Shown here piece after piece: positions 61,033 through 64,000 of a stretch of 64,000 nt of DNA. This stretch comes from an uncultured Candidatus Saccharibacteria bacterium. GTDB taxonomy: Bacteria; Patescibacteriota; Saccharimonadia; Saccharimonadales; CAZJQT01. Within the stretch, counting starts at the first letter, position 1. Each line of letters opens with the position of its first letter. Under the pieces are notes generated by a model that ran no database searches, was not told the DNA's origin, and saw only the letters and a program-made list of their open reading frames with translations. Both the position numbers and the translations under genes were made by a program. The DNA is taken from NCBI GenBank assembly GCA_964636215.1, contig CAZWRJ010000002.1, forward strand, positions 20,967 through 84,966. Direction: 5' to 3'.

Positions 61033-61640
61033 ACTAAGCTACTCCAGTAATACCAAAAATGGTTAAGAATCAGACCAATGATTATAAGGTACCAAACAAT
61101 TAAAATGTCGGCGTGATGTCTTTGTACGAAATTAACTACAGGACGTAGTTTGGTCGGAGTAGGCAAATGCCCTTCTTGTAAATTATAAAGTGTGACGTAC
61201 CAGAAAATTGGAATGGTTACCGACCACACCACCATACAATATGGACAGAGTGCACCTATCTGGTAGATACTCTGAAACATCAACCAATGAATAAAGCCAA
61301 CTCCAAACAAAGCTCCAATTTCTAACCCACGCCAAAACCAGCGCTTAAACTTTGCACCGGCTAGCATTGCCATGCCAATGGTAGAAACTACAGCAAAACC
61401 GGCTATGCCAAGTAGGGAATTAGCAAAACCAAAAGCACTTGCCTGCCAAGTTTTCATTACCGAACCGCAACTTATCAATGGGCTTATGTTGCAAGTTGGT
61501 ATGTAGTTAGGATTTTTTAGTAGTTCAATTTTCTCAACCGTCAGCACAAAGGCGGCCAAAAACCCAATAATGCCACCGATAGTCAGCAGCAAGGGCAGTA
61601 CGCGCACGGGAGCATGTGAAGTTGATTCAGTGGCTTTCAC
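61029..61640 (-). CDS. Vitamin K epoxide reductase (VKOR) family protein
   Basis: 203 aa with a GTG start and 4-5 TM helices. The loop cysteine pair is CNISPLISCGSV and the TM active site is CPYC (GALCPYCMVVW). Confidence 0.78.
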   Translation of the reverse strand: MKATESTSHAPVRVLPLLLTIGGIIGFLAAFVLTVEKIELLKNPNYIPTCNISPLISCGSVMKTWQASAFGFANSLLGIAGFAVVSTIGMAMLAGAKFKRWFWRGLEIGALFGVGFIHWLMFQSIYQIGALCPYCMVVWSVTIPIFWYVTLYNLQEGHLPTPTKLRPVVNFVQRHHADILIVWYLIIIGLILNHFWYYWSSLV

Positions 61641-61800
61641 GGCTACATTGTAACAAGTAGGCGAGTTACCAGCCAGCCACAGAAGATAGAAGTATGCCGC
61701 TAATCACAACGTTTATGCTTAAATATCCGAGTGAGTTCTAATACCCAAAATCAAACTCCCAAAAATACTAACCCACCCAAGACCAGTAGTTGATAAGACA

Positions 61801-62220
61801 ATGATAAAACTAAAGCCAACTTTAATAATTGTTAGTTCCGTGGCAGCAGCAGTCCTTGTTGGCCTAGAAAGCTACCATTTAGCTAATAACTATCTAAATA
61901 GCCACCGTGTTGAATCAACCCAGGTTGTTGACTGCAACAGTCCCGGACAAACCCATAAGGTTACAATTGAGAATTCCCAGGTTAATCCAGTGCATACCGA
62001 CGCTAAACTATGTGACAATCTAACGATTATTAATCTTGATGATCGCCTGCGTGAAGTAGCTTTTGGCGAGCATGATGATCACCAAACTTATGATAATGTC
62101 ACAGAAGAATTCTTGAAAAAAGACCAAGGGTTTAGCGTCAAGCTCAACCAAGCAGGTAATTATCTTTTCCATGATCATCTAGATGAAACAGTAAAAGGCG
62201 ACTTCACGGTTACTAATTAG
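61801..62220 (+). CDS. Hypothetical membrane-anchored protein, cupredoxin-like beta-sandwich (no Cys ligand)
   Basis: 139 aa with an N-terminal TM helix. HKVTIENSQVNP...LTIINLDD...GNYLFHDHLDETVKGDFTV resembles the plastocyanin/EfeO cupredoxin pattern, but the copper-binding Cys is missing. Confidence 0.4.
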   Translation: MIKLKPTLIIVSSVAAAVLVGLESYHLANNYLNSHRVESTQVVDCNSPGQTHKVTIENSQVNPVHTDAKLCDNLTIINLDDRLREVAFGEHDDHQTYDNVTEEFLKKDQGFSVKLNQAGNYLFHDHLDETVKGDFTVTN

Positions 62221-62249
62221 ATATTTGACAGAGGTTTATAATTAAACTT

Positions 62250-62600
62250 ATGGCAAAAAGAAAAACGGGTAAGGCCAAATCAGGGTCACTGCTCTGGAAG
62301 GTAGGAGTTTGGGCCACCTGGTGGTGGGGCGTGAGCTGTGCTTATGTACTACTCTTAACCTGGCAGTCCAGGGATGTATATGCTTTTCTAAGCGTTATGT
62401 TGGCAAGTAACAGTTCCCTATACAATTGGCGGATCGCTGTCTCAAATACTTACAGTAATACAACTTGGCTACAAGGTCTGCTGGCTCTAATAGTTATAGG
62501 CTGGATAGTCGGCATCGTTTTCTGGCTTAAAGCCCTAAAACAATCCAAAATTAGCTATAAAGCTGGCTTCAAGGATTTATTCCTAACACTGCGCAGATAA
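62250..62600 (+). CDS. Hypothetical small membrane protein
   Basis: 116 aa with three predicted TM helices. TATAAT at 62237-42 lies 7 nt before the ATG and there is no SD. Confidence 0.45.
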   Translation: MAKRKTGKAKSGSLLWKVGVWATWWWGVSCAYVLLLTWQSRDVYAFLSVMLASNSSLYNWRIAVSNTYSNTTWLQGLLALIVIGWIVGIVFWLKALKQSKISYKAGFKDLFLTLRR

Positions 62601-62705
62601 TACCCTTTAGAAAAGTAGTTATCTAAAAGAAACTGTTGAGTATGAAATCTAACAGATAAATCTCAGCATCGATATTATTATCGTGGTGGATAGGAGGTTA
62701 AAGCT

Positions 62706-63092
62706 ATGAATCAAACTATACGAGAAACTAGGGAACGCATAACAGACGATAATTCGTACGAGGAAGAAACAGGACCAAGCCCTAAAACCGAATATACGAC
62801 CACAGTTCTAGAACGAGTTATCTACTTCGTTGGTGGAATTATTCTAGCTTTTATAGCCCTGAGGATTTTGCTATCGTTGCTGGGAGCCAATAAAAGCAAT
62901 GCTTTCGCCAGCTTGATATATAACGTCAGTCACCCGTTTGTGGCGCCGTTTTTCGGGCTGTTCAACTACCAAATGCGATATGGTGTCAGTAGGTTTGAGT
63001 ACGAGTCCTTTATTGCCCTTCTGGTTTGGGGACTTGTAATATTTGCAATAGCTCGCTTGGTCACGATCGGCAGCAGGCACTATAATAGTTAA
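62706..63092 (+). CDS. YggT family membrane protein
   Basis: 128 aa. The SD GGAGG precedes the ATG. RVIYFVGGIILAFIALRILL...LIYNVSHPFVAPF...FEYESFIALLVWGLVIFAI follows the YggT pattern. Confidence 0.6.
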   Translation: MNQTIRETRERITDDNSYEEETGPSPKTEYTTTVLERVIYFVGGIILAFIALRILLSLLGANKSNAFASLIYNVSHPFVAPFFGLFNYQMRYGVSRFEYESFIALLVWGLVIFAIARLVTIGSRHYNS

Positions 63093-63105
63093 TTCTCTCG
63101 CCGAT

Positions 63106-63279
63106 TCACTTCCCAGGTGCCTTAGCCCTAGCTTTTCGAGCTTCTGAAAGCCCAATTGCAATGGCCTGCTTCCTGCTGGTCACTTTCTTTCCACTCTTGC
63201 CCGATTTAAGCTCACCTCTCTTCATCTCATGCATGGCTTTTTCAACTTTTTGCTGCGCTTTTGGCCCATATTTGTTCAT
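63106..63279 (-). CDS. Small basic protein (57 aa)
   Basis: Below the track cutoff. The product is MNKYGPKAQQKVEKAMHEMKRGELKSGKSGKKVTSRKQAIAIGLSEARKARAKAPGK, which resembles a widespread family of small Lys-rich proteins of unknown function. Confidence 0.55.
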   Translation of the reverse strand: MNKYGPKAQQKVEKAMHEMKRGELKSGKSGKKVTSRKQAIAIGLSEARKARAKAPGK

Positions 63280-63288
63280 AATTTCTAT

Positions 63289-63441
63289 TTAGACCGCCCG
63301 CCCTCTCGTAACCAGGTCGTAAATGAATATCACTAAGGCTACAAGCAGAATTATATGAAACACCGGGGTACTTATGTGTATGGCCACTAAGCCAAGCAAC
63401 CATAATATGGCTAAGACTACGGCAATTGTCATTAACATCAT
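63289..63441 (-). CDS. Small two-TM membrane protein (50 aa; lmo0937-like)
   Basis: Below the track cutoff. A strong SD (TAAGGAGGAAA) lies directly upstream. The product is MMLMTIAVVLAILWLLGLVAIHISTPVFHIILLVALVIFIYDLVTRGRAV. Confidence 0.6.
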   Translation of the reverse strand: MMLMTIAVVLAILWLLGLVAIHISTPVFHIILLVALVIFIYDLVTRGRAV

Positions 63442-63599
63442 TTTCCTCCTTAGTTAGTACTTAGCATTCTATGAGCATAGACCCAGCCTGTATATTAGAA
63501 ATATTACATACTTCAGGATCATCTCTCGCGCAGGAATGAATTGTTAGTTTTCCCACAGAATACTTATTGAGGGTGACTTAGAATAAAAGTGCTAAAGCG

Positions 63600-63803
63600 A
63601 TGGGAGGCTATATGCAAGGTTATATAAAAACACCAATACATACAGAGACCCAGGAAACTTATGCCGATTATTTGCGAGCTAATATGAGATGGATGAGGAG
63701 AGCTAGGAAGCTAAGAGAGAAAAGGTGGAAGGAGCTGACGAATAAGATTAATCGAGTAGAATTTTCTAGCAACTTTGGTGCCAGACATTCAGCTTTTCGA
63801 TAA
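63600..63803 (+). CDS. Hypothetical basic protein (67 aa)
   Basis: This is a track ORF only, Arg/Lys-rich, with no recognisable SD or family. Confidence 0.25.
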   Translation: MGGYMQGYIKTPIHTETQETYADYLRANMRWMRRARKLREKRWKELTNKINRVEFSSNFGARHSAFR

Positions 63804-63809
63804 AACAGT

Positions 63810-63986
63810 CTAGTCTAAAGGTTCTGGTAGCTTACGGCAGACGTAGATCTCTCTGTCGATGTTATCAGTGAAGTAACCACGGGTCCTGATTCCTTCGTAG
63901 TAGGCTCTGCGGGCTATCTCTTCGGTGATCCTGTTTCTGTCTTCTGTCGAAACGATAGCCGGGCTAAACTCAGGGAAATAAGTCAT
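63810..63986 (-). CDS. Hypothetical small protein (58 aa from ATG 63986; frame stays open to the window edge)
   Basis: The product is MTYFPEFSPAIVSTEDRNRITEEIARRAYYEGIRTRGYFTDNIDREIYVCRKLPEPLD with stop TAG at 63810-12. The frame has no stop up to position 64000, so the true start may lie outside the window. Confidence 0.3.
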   Translation of the reverse strand: MTYFPEFSPAIVSTEDRNRITEEIARRAYYEGIRTRGYFTDNIDREIYVCRKLPEPLD

Positions 63987-64000
63987 CAAGTTTTGTATGA

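Noticed and set aside
1-64000. Alternative genetic code (UGA read as sense, as in some candidate phyla).
   Set aside because: Full-length conserved proteins terminate at TGA with normal lengths, for example the ligase-like gene at 33029-33031, the PGT gene at 30220-22 and the small gene at 63106-08. Standard translation gives uninterrupted orthologue-length products, so code 11 fits.

Overview
This is a 64-kb segment next to the replication origin of a small-genome bacterium that uses the standard genetic code. Single-line hand counts give roughly 35-47% GC. The gene content looks like a Patescibacteria/CPR (Saccharibacteria-like) or similarly reduced monoderm genome: divergent dnaA and rpmH-rnpA-yidC-jag, archaeal-type AspRS, DsbA plus VKOR, many N-terminally anchored orphan surface proteins and almost no biosynthesis. 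This placement is inference only.

Layout:
- 1-3.0 kb: replication and membrane-insertion core, with a DnaA-box cluster.
- 3.0-33.0 kb: 26 consecutive genes for cell-surface glycan assembly. They include 8-10 glycosyltransferases, an AsnB-like amidotransferase, a Wzm/Wzt ABC exporter with a methyltransferase, two GT-C membrane enzymes with a polyprenyl-phosphate GT2, two nucleotide-sugar dehydrogenases, RfbA, an initiating phosphoglycosyltransferase, an O-antigen-ligase-like protein, and a sulfotransferase/UPF0104/CysQ trio. A secreted FG-GAP repeat protein in this block is built from near-identical 132-bp tandem units.
- 33.0-36.0 kb: a regulator with only the LexA DNA-binding domain, a BcrAB-like ABC pair and UppP, in one operon with the ligase gene.
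- 36.0-37.7 kb: a structured leader resembling a cobalamin riboswitch, then an orphan 432-aa protein, an overlapping 55-aa zinc-ribbon ORF, and a 17-bp perfect direct repeat just before nadD.
- 38-48 kb: ion transporters (CPA2, NRAMP, CNNM), DsbA, AspRS, GH5, an AlkA-like glycosylase and a GNAT. This stretch also holds an orphan promoter-to-terminator unit (candidate sRNA) and a possible attenuator.
- 48-55 kb: a run of orphan membrane-anchored proteins and a stand-alone MurC/Mpl-type ligase.
- 55-64 kb: a second ABC-2 exporter, a divergent orphan gene pair, tRNA-Met(CAT), FtsB/DivIC, VKOR, YggT and several tiny genes missing from the ORF track.

Two recurring oddities stand out. Several genes have a -10 box 6-9 nt upstream of the ATG and no Shine-Dalgarno, which suggests leaderless mRNAs. 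The ugd gene appears to start at ATT, overlapping the rfbA stop codon.

I found no rRNA, CRISPR array, transposase, integrase or prophage. All functional calls come from reading motifs by eye; no database search was run.
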